From: Candidatus Omnitrophota bacterium
Lineage (GTDB): Bacteria; Omnitrophota; Gorgyraeia; Gygaellales; Profunditerraquicolaceae
Reading direction: 5' to 3'
DNA length: 64,000 nt
Assembly (NCBI GenBank): GCA_028717885.1
Contig: JAQUMX010000002.1
Location: 12,237-76,236, forward strand
Part shown: positions 27,429 to 36,601 of the stretch, one piece after another
Layout of the letters: every line of letters starts with the position of its first letter
Numbering within the stretch: position 1 is the first letter of the stretch
Translations under genes and position numbers: made by a program
Notes under the pieces: generated by a model
What the model was told of the DNA's origin: nothing
What the model saw: only the letters and a program-made list of their open reading frames with translations
The model's database searches: none

Positions 27429-28319
27429 ATGAAGATTTCTTCTTATGAATGGTTCTTGAACCGGGAAAAAGGCAGGGCTTGTTTAGTAGCGGGAGTAGCC
27501 CCAAGTATTACAGATTTTCCCTTTCAGAAATTTAAAGGAGTTTATCTTACTTGCGGCGACGGAGCGCTGCGTTTAAGGGACCTTTTTGATGCTAATTACT
27601 GGGTAGTGGCAAATGATGTTTTTCCTGTCCCCGGGGAGCATTCAGAGATTATCAACAAGTTTAAAAAGACGGTCTTTATTTTTTCTGATTCAGTGGCCTG
27701 TTCGCGAAAGAATGTCGATACCGAAATTTTTGACAAGGAACTGGAAGTGGATTGGTTTGCATTTGACCAGAGGCATTTTAACGGATCAGCCTGTAGGCAA
27801 GGAGGCGCAAGCTGCTGTAAACTGACTAAGCTTTATCCGCAAAGGTTAACCTTGCAAGAATATATGAAGAAACAGTTTAACCGTCAAGGGTGCTATTCCA
27901 GTGGCTCAACGGTAGCTGTGCATGCTCTGGCTTTCGCAATTTTACTTGGTTGTAATCCGATCTATCTGCAGGGGATTGAAATTCCTGTTTACGCCGATGA
28001 GTATAAGTATAAGCCGGATGCTTATGCGGATAGCTTATTGCCGTTTTCACCGGCCAGAAGGCCAGATTTAAGGAAGTTATTTAATTTTATTTCGGTAGTA
28101 AATTTAGGCAAGAGAAAAATAAAAGGCGCCTTGATTAGAAGCGGCTTCGTCAGGGAAAAATCCCCTTTTTTTAGGGATATCCCCCAGATCCTCGAAGATT
28201 TTAATTATCTTTTAAGCCTGGCCGGAGAAAACGGAATCAGCATCTTCAATTTGAGTAAAACTTCTACCTTGAACAAAGTCAAGAATTTAAAGTACTTGGA
28301 GCCTGCACAAATATGCTAA
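27429..28319 (+). CDS. DUF115 / MptE-like (Maf-type) protein, putative nonulosonic acid transferase
   Basis: 296 aa from the ATG at 27429; the listed 27342 start overlaps the previous gene. YSSGSTVAVHALAFAILLGCNPIYLQGIE resembles the DUF115 core of motility-accessory-factor proteins. Confidence 0.55.
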   Translation: MKISSYEWFLNREKGRACLVAGVAPSITDFPFQKFKGVYLTCGDGALRLRDLFDANYWVVANDVFPVPGEHSEIINKFKKTVFIFSDSVACSRKNVDTEIFDKELEVDWFAFDQRHFNGSACRQGGASCCKLTKLYPQRLTLQEYMKKQFNRQGCYSSGSTVAVHALAFAILLGCNPIYLQGIEIPVYADEYKYKPDAYADSLLPFSPARRPDLRKLFNFISVVNLGKRKIKGALIRSGFVREKSPFFRDIPQILEDFNYLLSLAGENGISIFNLSKTSTLNKVKNLKYLEPAQIC

Positions 28320-29314
28320 ATGTCAGGGTTTCTTATCCTTTTTCATCTTGGCCCATAGGCTATCAGACGCCTGGCTCGAAAGGGGAGTGGGGGAACTGCC
28401 GTTTTTTTATAAACCAGGAAATCCCGGAATGTGATTATTGGATTGTCTATTATTCTTTGTTGAAGCCCGAAAGCCAGGTTTGCCCAAAGCAAAATACGAT
28501 TCTTTTTGCCACGGAAACCCATACTGTCTTGAAGTATGACCCCGTATTTTTAAAACAATTCGCTACAGTCATCGCTTCTCAAAGAGGGCTTCCACATTCT
28601 CGGGTAATATTCGGGCAGCCTGCTTTTCCATGGCACGTAGGAAGAAAGGAAAAAAACAACCGCAATTTAAATTTTACCATGGGTTACGATTGTTTGAAGG
28701 CAATTAAAGAATATAAAAAGGATAAGCTGATATCCGTGGTATCTTCGAGCAAGGCTTTCACTAAGGGGCACTGCCTCAGGCTTGATTTCGTGAGAAAATT
28801 AAAAGAATACTTTGGCGAGAGAATCGATGTTTTTGGCCGGGGAATCAGGGATTTTGAGGATAAATGGGATGTGGTTGCTCCCTATAAATACCACATCGTG
28901 TTGGAAAATAATAGTGCGCCTGATTATTGGACGGAAAAACTCTCCGACGCTTTTTTAGGATGCAGTTATCCGTTATATTACGGGTGTACAAACATCAAAG
29001 ACTATTTTCCTGAAGGCTCATTTACTTGTATTGATATGAATGACGCAGATTGGGCTATTAAAAAAATCGAATCCTGCATTAACGGCCAGGTTTATGAGCG
29101 GTCTATCGGCAAGCTCTTGGAAGCAAAAAGCCTGATATTGGATAAATATAACTTTTTTCCTTATGCGGCCGCTTTGGTCAATGGACTAGGCAATCAGAAC
29201 GATTATTTGAACGAAAAAATTACTTTATTTCCACAGGAAGAAAAGATGAACTTTTATCAACGTTGCGTGGGCAAGGCAAGGTACCTTACTGATAGCCTGC
29301 GGGGAAAGTTTTAG
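28313..29314 (+). CDS. Glycosyltransferase family 10 (alpha-1,3/4-fucosyltransferase-like)
   Basis: 333 aa. YKYHIVLENNSAPDYWTEKLSDAF matches the GT10 FENS...Y-x-TEK motif. Confidence 0.75.
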   Translation: MLNVRVSYPFSSWPIGYQTPGSKGEWGNCRFFINQEIPECDYWIVYYSLLKPESQVCPKQNTILFATETHTVLKYDPVFLKQFATVIASQRGLPHSRVIFGQPAFPWHVGRKEKNNRNLNFTMGYDCLKAIKEYKKDKLISVVSSSKAFTKGHCLRLDFVRKLKEYFGERIDVFGRGIRDFEDKWDVVAPYKYHIVLENNSAPDYWTEKLSDAFLGCSYPLYYGCTNIKDYFPEGSFTCIDMNDADWAIKKIESCINGQVYERSIGKLLEAKSLILDKYNFFPYAAALVNGLGNQNDYLNEKITLFPQEEKMNFYQRCVGKARYLTDSLRGKF

Positions 29315-29321
29315 GAATTCA

Positions 29322-30821
29322 ATGAAAAAGAAAATACTGCTGATTAGCAGTAGTTTTGAAGAAGTTTCTTTGATCTCCTCCGGGATTGACCCGAAATTAG
29401 AGATTAAGTATTCGGAGGACGCAAATTATCCTCTTGGCCTGTCGTACCTGGAGTCTTATCTTGTTTCCCGCGGGCATCAAGCATTGACTTTGATGTCCAA
29501 TACTTGCAGTTTTGAGGAATGTTTTAAGAAAACCGTAAAATTGATAGAAGATTTTGCCCCGGATCTAATCGGGTTGCAAATGCTTACTCAGAACCGCGTA
29601 AGTACTTACAGGCTGATTGAACACATTCACCAACAACATCCAGGGATTAAAATTATTATAGGAGGGATTCATGCCACGATAATGCACCGCCAGATTATCG
29701 AAAAATACCCTTTTTTGATTGTAGTTTTGGGAGAAGGGGAGTTAACGCTTGCGGAATTGGCCGAGAAATTACCCCTTGATAATAAGGAATTAGAGGGGGT
29801 CCCCGGAATAGCTTTTAGCCGCGCCGGCGCAGTTTTAGAAACAGCGCCAAGAGGGTTAATAAATGATTTAGATGCGCTTCCTTTTCCGAATCATGAAATC
29901 TTTTTTAGTGAGCAAAGGACTTGCGCTTCTATTATTACTTCGCGAGGTTGCCCATTTGCCTGTAGTTTTTGTTGTTTAAATTCAATATCCCAGCGAAAAG
30001 TAAGAAGCAGGTCAATTCCTAATGTTATTGCGGAAATCGAATGGCTTCTAAGAAAAAATCCTCAAATAACCACGATATGGATTCAGGATGATGGTTTCTT
30101 GATTAATAACCAGCGCGCGGTCGAATTCTGCAATGAAGTCATCCGCAGAAAATTGAAAGTGAATTTTGTTTGTAGCGGCAGGGTAAAGCCCATTAGCAGC
30201 GAGGTGGTAAAAAAATTGGAAGAGGCTAATTTTCAGAAGGTACTCTTTGGTATGGAGAGCGGCGATAATAGTATTTTGAAAAGATGCCATAAGGAAATCA
30301 CTCAAGAAGACGTGCTAAGGGCGTTTCAGCTTTTTAAAAGGTCAAAAATAGAATTACAGGCTTTTGTGATTCTGGGGTTGCCGGGAGAAGATGAGCAAAC
30401 CGTCGCGGAAACCATAAGGTTTGTAAAAAAACTGCAAAAAATCAAATATATGTATTATCCCAACGTATCAATTTTAACGATTTATCCGGGGACAGAAGTA
30501 TATCAAATCGCTAAGAATGCCGGCATAATCGATGACCAGTATTGGTTAACCGATCAGACGACACCGATTTTTACTTTGGAGAACAGCCGGGAACATCTTT
30601 TTGCATTTAAAGAGAAGGTTCTGAATAATATTTCTTCTGATAGAGTGTTTACTCCTGCAGGATTACGGGCACAATTTTTCATGATCCCTGCAATTATTTC
30701 CTATATTTTTCAATATAGGAATTTTAATATTATCAAAGGCGCTGTTTCTAAGTTTTTCAGGGCATTTTTATCGCCAAGGGCTTACGATTCCTTGAAAATG
30801 GCCTATACTAGGCTTAAGTAA
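29322..30821 (+). CDS. Cobalamin-binding (class B) radical SAM enzyme, paralogue B
   Basis: 499 aa. VLGEGELTLAEL, and TSRGCPFACSFCC at 29949-29972. Confidence 0.8.
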   Translation: MKKKILLISSSFEEVSLISSGIDPKLEIKYSEDANYPLGLSYLESYLVSRGHQALTLMSNTCSFEECFKKTVKLIEDFAPDLIGLQMLTQNRVSTYRLIEHIHQQHPGIKIIIGGIHATIMHRQIIEKYPFLIVVLGEGELTLAELAEKLPLDNKELEGVPGIAFSRAGAVLETAPRGLINDLDALPFPNHEIFFSEQRTCASIITSRGCPFACSFCCLNSISQRKVRSRSIPNVIAEIEWLLRKNPQITTIWIQDDGFLINNQRAVEFCNEVIRRKLKVNFVCSGRVKPISSEVVKKLEEANFQKVLFGMESGDNSILKRCHKEITQEDVLRAFQLFKRSKIELQAFVILGLPGEDEQTVAETIRFVKKLQKIKYMYYPNVSILTIYPGTEVYQIAKNAGIIDDQYWLTDQTTPIFTLENSREHLFAFKEKVLNNISSDRVFTPAGLRAQFFMIPAIISYIFQYRNFNIIKGAVSKFFRAFLSPRAYDSLKMAYTRLK

Positions 30822-30832
30822 AGAGGGTAATC

Positions 30833-31786
30833 ATGGATAAAGATAGAAGGATTTTTGTTGCTGGGCATAAGGGAATGGTAGGTTCTGCCATCTTGAGGGC
30901 GTTAAAAAAAGATGGCTATGAAAATGTCATCTTAGCTAATAGGCAAGAACTTGACTTGCGTGATGAAACCGCAGTCCGGGAATTCTTTAAAGAGAAAAAA
31001 CCGGAATATGTATTTTTGGCTGCTGCCAGGGTAGGCGGTATAAAAGCGAACATGTCTTTTCCTGCAGAATTCCTGCGCGATAACCTGATGATTCAAAATA
31101 ATGTTATTCATTATTCGTATATATCAGGGGTAAAGAAGTTGATTTTTCTTGGTTCTTCCTGCATATATCCAAGGGATTGCCAGCAGCCGATAAAGGAAGA
31201 ATATTTGTTTACCGGGCCGCTTGAGCCTACTAATGAAGGTTATGCTTTGGCAAAAATAGCGGGTTTGAGAATGGTACAGTATTACTTCAGAGAGCATGGT
31301 TTAAAGAGCATCTGCCTGATGCCATGCAATTTATACGGCCCAAATGATAATTTTGACCCGGAGAGTTCTCATTTTTTCCCGGCCTTGGTAAAGAAATTTG
31401 TTGATGCCTGTGATAACAATAGTGCTTCGGTAACGCTTTGGGGGACTGGCAATGCCAGGCGCGACCTGATGCATGTTGATGATTTGGTGAGGGCGCTATT
31501 CTTTCTTTTGGGCAAACTGGATTCTCCCGAAATCATCAATATTTCCAGCGGCCAGGATGTTTCAATCAGGGAGTTGGCAGAGCTTATTGCCAGAAAAGTC
31601 GATTTTAAAGGCAATATCATTTGGGACACTAAGATGCCTGACGGGATGCCCAGAAAATACCTGGATATTACAAAATTAAGGAATTTAGGTTTTCAATCGC
31701 AAATTAGCCTGGAAGATGGCGTTAGCGCCGTGATTGCGGAATATCGCAAGCTTAAAAATAATAAGGGAGAGCCTGCGCATGAATAG
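30833..31786 (+). CDS. fcl: GDP-L-fucose synthase (GDP-4-keto-6-deoxy-D-mannose 3,5-epimerase/4-reductase)
   Basis: 317 aa. RIFVAGHKGMVGSAI, GSSCIYP, YALAKIAG and CNLYGPNDNF. Confidence 0.85.
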   Translation: MDKDRRIFVAGHKGMVGSAILRALKKDGYENVILANRQELDLRDETAVREFFKEKKPEYVFLAAARVGGIKANMSFPAEFLRDNLMIQNNVIHYSYISGVKKLIFLGSSCIYPRDCQQPIKEEYLFTGPLEPTNEGYALAKIAGLRMVQYYFREHGLKSICLMPCNLYGPNDNFDPESSHFFPALVKKFVDACDNNSASVTLWGTGNARRDLMHVDDLVRALFFLLGKLDSPEIINISSGQDVSIRELAELIARKVDFKGNIIWDTKMPDGMPRKYLDITKLRNLGFQSQISLEDGVSAVIAEYRKLKNNKGEPAHE

Positions 31787-32720
31787 GGATCCTAATGTCA
31801 GCGTAATCGTTCCGGCTTTTAATCGTGAATTGCTGATTACTGAAACCTTGAATAGTGTTTTTGCGCAAACATACGGCGATTTTGAAGTTATCGTAGTTGA
31901 TGATGGTTCTACAGATAATACGAAAGATGCGGTTTTAAAATATTCGGCATTTAACTTGCGCTATCTTAGGCAGGATAACCGGGGCGCAGCAGCTGCGCGT
32001 AACCTTGGAATTAAGTCTGCTAAGGGCAGATTTTTGGCTTTTCTTGATTCAGATGATTTATGGCTGCCCAAAAAGCTGGAAAAACAGGTTGCTTTATTAG
32101 AGGCAGACCATGAACTGGGCATGGTTTATTGTGATTGCATGGTTTTTAATCATGAAACCGGCAGAAACCTGCATTTGTATAGCAAGGAATATCCGGTTGC
32201 GCCAAGCCTGTTATTAAGATGTTTTATTCCTTCTCCTTCGCCATTGGTACGCAGGGAAGTTTTTGATAACCTGGGTGCCTTCTGCGAAGATATCGCTCCT
32301 TGCGAAGACTGGGAGATGTGGATGAGAATCGCCGCAAAATATAAAGTAGGCTTCGTAAATGAGCCGTTAGCCCGGTATCGCCTGCACAGGGATAATTTGG
32401 AACGCAGGATGGATGTGCTGGCCGCGTATGGCAGTATCTTTCGCGCAATAGAAAAGGCGGTTGATTTTGCACCGCAATTTTATAATCCTTTTAAGCAGCG
32501 CTCAATAGCGGAATTTTCTTTTTGCGCCGGCCGGGTTTTATTGCTGCATGGGAGGCAACAAGAAGCCAGGGGTTATTTTAAGAAAGCGGCGAAGTGCCGG
32601 TTTACTGCATTACGAGGATTGCCCTTTCTTGCATTGTCTTATTTGAACAAAACCTGTTTAGATAATATCGTGAATTATTACCGGCTTATGAAGAAATCGG
32701 CAGTGATTAAGGAATCTTAA
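31779..32720 (+). CDS. Glycosyltransferase family 2
   Basis: VSVIVPAFNRE ... VIVVDDGSTDNT ... LDSDD. The ATG at 31779 overlaps the fcl stop by 8 nt; the listed 31734 start is an extension. Confidence 0.8.
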   Translation: MNRDPNVSVIVPAFNRELLITETLNSVFAQTYGDFEVIVVDDGSTDNTKDAVLKYSAFNLRYLRQDNRGAAAARNLGIKSAKGRFLAFLDSDDLWLPKKLEKQVALLEADHELGMVYCDCMVFNHETGRNLHLYSKEYPVAPSLLLRCFIPSPSPLVRREVFDNLGAFCEDIAPCEDWEMWMRIAAKYKVGFVNEPLARYRLHRDNLERRMDVLAAYGSIFRAIEKAVDFAPQFYNPFKQRSIAEFSFCAGRVLLLHGRQQEARGYFKKAAKCRFTALRGLPFLALSYLNKTCLDNIVNYYRLMKKSAVIKES

Positions 32721-32721
32721 G

Positions 32722-33585
32722 ATGGTTATCGTCAAGCTAACCGGAGGGCTGGGAAATCAACTTTTTCAGTATGCGCTTGGGCGAAAGATCGCGCATTTGA
32801 AAGCAGTAGAATTGAAGTTGGATATTTCCGGGTTTAAGACCTATAAGTTGCACAAATATAGCCTCAGCCATTTTAATATTATAGAGGAGTTTGCTTCTGT
32901 GCATGAGCTGGCGCGTTTTAACAGAAAAGGCCTTATTCCGTATTTAACAGAAAGATTGAAGCCGTATTACAAGCGCTGCGTTGTCTACGATCGCCACCAT
33001 TATTTTGATAAAAATATTTTTAAAACAAATAATGATGTTTATATAGACGGTTATTTTCAGAGCGAAAAATACTTTAGCGATATTGAACCTATTTTGCGAA
33101 ATGAGATATCTTTTAAGGTTCCGCCAGAAGGAGAGAATATGCGCTTAGCGGAACTTGTCGGTAAAAATACATCCGTAAGCTTGCATGTGCGCAGGGGTGA
33201 TTATATCCGCGACCCATTAACGTTTAAGATTCACGGGGTTTGTTCCATGGATTACTACGGGGAGGCTGTGCGGCTAATTGCGCAAAGAACTACTAAGCCT
33301 CATTTTTTTATTTTTTCCGACGATCCTTGCTGGGCGGAAAAAAACTTAAATTTTGATTATCCGGTTACCTTTGTTACGCATAATAATGCGGACCACAATT
33401 TTGAAGACCTGCGTTTAATGAGCCTCTGTAAGCACCATATTATTGCCAATAGCACTTTTAGTTGGTGGGGCGCGTGGCTAAACGCAAATCCGGAGAAAAT
33501 CGTCGTCGCCCCTAAAAAATGGCTGAATTCGCCTGAATTTTACGATAAACGCGATCTTCTGCCGGAACCTTGGATAAAAGTGTAA
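32722..33585 (+). CDS. Glycosyltransferase family 11 (alpha-1,2-fucosyltransferase)
   Basis: 287 aa. GGLGNQLFQYALGR, HVRRGDY and IIANSTFSWWGAWL. Confidence 0.85.
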   Translation: MVIVKLTGGLGNQLFQYALGRKIAHLKAVELKLDISGFKTYKLHKYSLSHFNIIEEFASVHELARFNRKGLIPYLTERLKPYYKRCVVYDRHHYFDKNIFKTNNDVYIDGYFQSEKYFSDIEPILRNEISFKVPPEGENMRLAELVGKNTSVSLHVRRGDYIRDPLTFKIHGVCSMDYYGEAVRLIAQRTTKPHFFIFSDDPCWAEKNLNFDYPVTFVTHNNADHNFEDLRLMSLCKHHIIANSTFSWWGAWLNANPEKIVVAPKKWLNSPEFYDKRDLLPEPWIKV

Positions 33586-33586
33586 A

Positions 33587-34534
33587 ATGAATACTGAATT
33601 AATCAAGAAATTCTATGCCTTGCTTTTTTTGATCCGCAGGACTGAAGAGGAAATTATCCGGCTTTACCCGACGGACATAATCAAGAGCCCGGTACATTTA
33701 TCTATTGGCCAGGAAGCGGTTTCCGTGGCTGTTTGCCAGGCGCTTAAGCCTTTAGACCTGGTATTCGGGACATACCGCGGCCATGCGATGTACTTGGCAA
33801 AAGGCGGTAATTTGCGCTCCATGATTGCTGAGTTGTATGGAAAGATTTCCGGGTGCGCAAAAGGAAAGGGCGGATCAATGCACCTTATTGATTTGCGCAA
33901 AGGGGTAATGGGGACTTCAGCAGTAGTAGGGACTACTATTCCTCTTGCCGTTGGTTATGCTTATGCTTTAAAATATAAAAACCGCAATGATATCGTTGCC
34001 TGTTTTTTTGGCGATGGAGCTGTAGATGAAGGGGATTTCCATGAAGCGCTTAATTTCGCGGCATTAAAAAAATTACCTGTGCTGTTTGTTTGCGAAAATA
34101 ATTTTTATGCTATTCATTCCCACCATCTTAGCCGACATCATTCCGATAATATTTGCGAGCGTGCGAAGAGTTATGGCATGCCTGCAATGAGGATAAAAGA
34201 TGGGGATATTTTCAAAATATACAAGGCTGCAAGTAGGTATATGGAAAAGATTAGAAAGGGTAGTGGCCCGGCTTTTATCGAGTGTATTACCTGCCGCTGG
34301 AAAGAGCATGTCGGCCCCGGGGATGATTTCCACTTAGGCTATAGAAAAAAGGAAGAAGTTGCTTGCTGGAAGCATAACGACCCTTTAGATAAAATGAGGG
34401 TTTTATTGGATGATAAGGCCAGGGGCTTGATTGAATCGAAAATAGAAAAAGAAATCGAAGCAGCTTTTCTTTTTGCGCAAAAAGATAGTTTTCCGGGAAA
34501 AAATGAACTTTTGAAGGATCTTTTTGATGATTAA
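33587..34534 (+). CDS. ThDP-dependent 2-oxoacid dehydrogenase E1 component, alpha subunit-like
   Basis: 315 aa. ThDP motif GDGAVDEGDFHEALNFAALKKLPVLFVCENN (GDG-x-NN). Confidence 0.8.
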   Translation: MNTELIKKFYALLFLIRRTEEEIIRLYPTDIIKSPVHLSIGQEAVSVAVCQALKPLDLVFGTYRGHAMYLAKGGNLRSMIAELYGKISGCAKGKGGSMHLIDLRKGVMGTSAVVGTTIPLAVGYAYALKYKNRNDIVACFFGDGAVDEGDFHEALNFAALKKLPVLFVCENNFYAIHSHHLSRHHSDNICERAKSYGMPAMRIKDGDIFKIYKAASRYMEKIRKGSGPAFIECITCRWKEHVGPGDDFHLGYRKKEEVACWKHNDPLDKMRVLLDDKARGLIESKIEKEIEAAFLFAQKDSFPGKNELLKDLFDD

Positions 34535-35585
34535 AGGCGCGATGCGTATTTTAAGCTATCCTCAGGCTATTAAAGAAGCAATTGACCAGGAGATGTCCAG
34601 GGATCATTCGGTAATCCTGCTTGGCCAGGGAGTTGATGATCCTAAGGGGACTCTGGGGACGACTAAAGGATTAGCAGAGAAATTCGGCAGAGAAAGGGTT
34701 TTTGATACGCCTTTATCCGAAGACGGAATGACCGGCGTAGCCATTGGCGCTGCTTTAGCAAGATTGCGGCCGATCCATGTGCATATTAGGATGGATTTTC
34801 TGCTTTTAGCAATGAATCAAATTGTAAATATGGCCGCAAAAATGCGTTATATGTTTGGCGCAACTCTCTCTGTGCCTCTAGTGATTCGTGCGATAATCGG
34901 CAAGAGTTGGGGGCAGGGGCCGCAACATTCGCAAAGCCTCTACCCTTTATTGATGAATATCCCGGGATTAAAAATCGTTGCTCCGGTAACTCCTTATGAC
35001 GCCAAGGGCTGCATGATTCAGAGTATCCGTGATAATAATCCGGTAATTTTCATGGAACACCGCCTACTTTATTATCAGAAGGGGTATGTTGCGCAAAAAC
35101 CGTATCTTGTGCCGTTGGGAAAGGCAAGAATCCTGGCACGGGGGCCTGATATCACTTTGGTAGGCGTTTCTTCGATGGTGATAGAATGTTTAAGGGCGCG
35201 GGAATATCTGAGAGAAACCGGGGTACGCGCAGAAGTAATCGATCTTTTATCTTTGAGCCCTTTGGATGCTGATACAGTAATCAAATCTGCTTTAAAAACA
35301 GGAAACCTCCTGGTTATTGATAATGCCTGGTTGCCTTGTGCGGCTGGCGCTGAAATTATCGCCAGGCTCTGTGAAAAAAACCTTTCCCGGAAAATAAAAT
35401 TTGCGCGGATGGGGTTTGCCTTTGTCCCTTGCCCGACTACGCCGTCATTGGAAAAAGAGTTTTATCCTAACGCAGAAAGGATAGCTATACGTGCCTTTCA
35501 GATGTTATTCCCGCGTAAAAAACCATGGGAACCAAAAAATAAAAAAAACAGGCCGGAAGAGGTGTTATTTAAAGGGCCTTTTTAG
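34524..35585 (+). CDS. ThDP-dependent E1 component, beta subunit-like (transketolase-type pyrimidine-binding and C-terminal domains)
   Basis: 353 aa. VFDTPLSEDGMTGVAIGAAL and FMEHRLLY. The start overlaps the alpha stop; an alternative ATG lies at 34542. Confidence 0.8.
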   Translation: MMIKGAMRILSYPQAIKEAIDQEMSRDHSVILLGQGVDDPKGTLGTTKGLAEKFGRERVFDTPLSEDGMTGVAIGAALARLRPIHVHIRMDFLLLAMNQIVNMAAKMRYMFGATLSVPLVIRAIIGKSWGQGPQHSQSLYPLLMNIPGLKIVAPVTPYDAKGCMIQSIRDNNPVIFMEHRLLYYQKGYVAQKPYLVPLGKARILARGPDITLVGVSSMVIECLRAREYLRETGVRAEVIDLLSLSPLDADTVIKSALKTGNLLVIDNAWLPCAAGAEIIARLCEKNLSRKIKFARMGFAFVPCPTTPSLEKEFYPNAERIAIRAFQMLFPRKKPWEPKNKKNRPEEVLFKGPF

Positions 35586-35599
35586 AAAGGGAAACCAAG

Positions 35600-36592
35600 A
35601 TGAATATTTTAATTACCGGTATTACCGGATTTGTGGGCAGCCATCTGGCGGAATATATCTTGAGCTTGAAGGAAAAGCACGAGATTTATGGGGTTTGCCG
35701 TTGGAGGAGCCAGAGGGAAAACCTGGCAAATATTTATAATCAGGTTAATTTGCTTGAAGCCGACCTGGTTGATTTAGGTTCTTTAATCCGTACTTTGCAG
35801 AAGGTAAAACCGCAGGTTATCTTTCATCTTGCAGCGCAAAGCTATGTCTTAAGCAGTTTTAATTCTCCAATGCAGAGTCTTTTTGTAAATGCCATAGGGA
35901 CGCAGAACCTGCTTGAAGCGATAAGGATTAGCGAGATGGATCCGGTAGTCCACATTTGTTCATCATCGGAAGTTTATGGCCAGGTAACGAAGGATGAATT
36001 ACCTATTAAAGAAAATTGCCCTTTTAGGCCGGCTTCGCCTTATGCAGTAAGCAAGGTCGCGGAGGATATGATTGCTTATCAGTACTGGGTTTCCCATAAG
36101 GTCCGCACGATCCGCACCAGGATGTTTACGCATACCGGCCCTCGAAGAGGGGACGTATTTGCGCTTTCTTTTTTTTCTAAACAGGTTGCAGCTGCAGAAT
36201 TAGGCTTAAAAAAGGCCGTGATTCAGGTTGGCAATCTTAATTCTGTAAGGACGTTTTGCGATGTCAGGGATACTGTTAGGGCATATTGGATACTGGTAAA
36301 CAAGTGCCAGCCGGGAGAAGTCTATAATATCGGGGGAAACCGGACTGCTACAATTAAAGAAGCGTTGGATATTTTACTTACTTTTTCGAAGCTAAAATTT
36401 GAAATCAAGGTGGATCAGGCATTATTAAGGCCTTCTGATGTGACTCTGCAGGTCCCCTGTATAGAGAAATTTCAAAAAGAAACCGGTTGGAAACCTGAGA
36501 TTCCTTTAGAAGTTACCTTAAAGGACATGCTTGAATATTGGAGAAAAGAACTTAAAACTTGCCCTTGGAAGGCAAATACGGTAGTGAAATAA
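35600..36592 (+). CDS. GDP-mannose 4,6-dehydratase-family SDR (Gmd/Rmd-like)
   Basis: 330 aa. ILITGITGFVGSHLAEY, SSSEVYG, YAVSKVAED and FTHTGPRRG (compare FNHESPRRG of Gmd). Confidence 0.65.
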   Translation: MNILITGITGFVGSHLAEYILSLKEKHEIYGVCRWRSQRENLANIYNQVNLLEADLVDLGSLIRTLQKVKPQVIFHLAAQSYVLSSFNSPMQSLFVNAIGTQNLLEAIRISEMDPVVHICSSSEVYGQVTKDELPIKENCPFRPASPYAVSKVAEDMIAYQYWVSHKVRTIRTRMFTHTGPRRGDVFALSFFSKQVAAAELGLKKAVIQVGNLNSVRTFCDVRDTVRAYWILVNKCQPGEVYNIGGNRTATIKEALDILLTFSKLKFEIKVDQALLRPSDVTLQVPCIEKFQKETGWKPEIPLEVTLKDMLEYWRKELKTCPWKANTVVK

Positions 36593-36601
36593 AGGTAAAT
36601 T

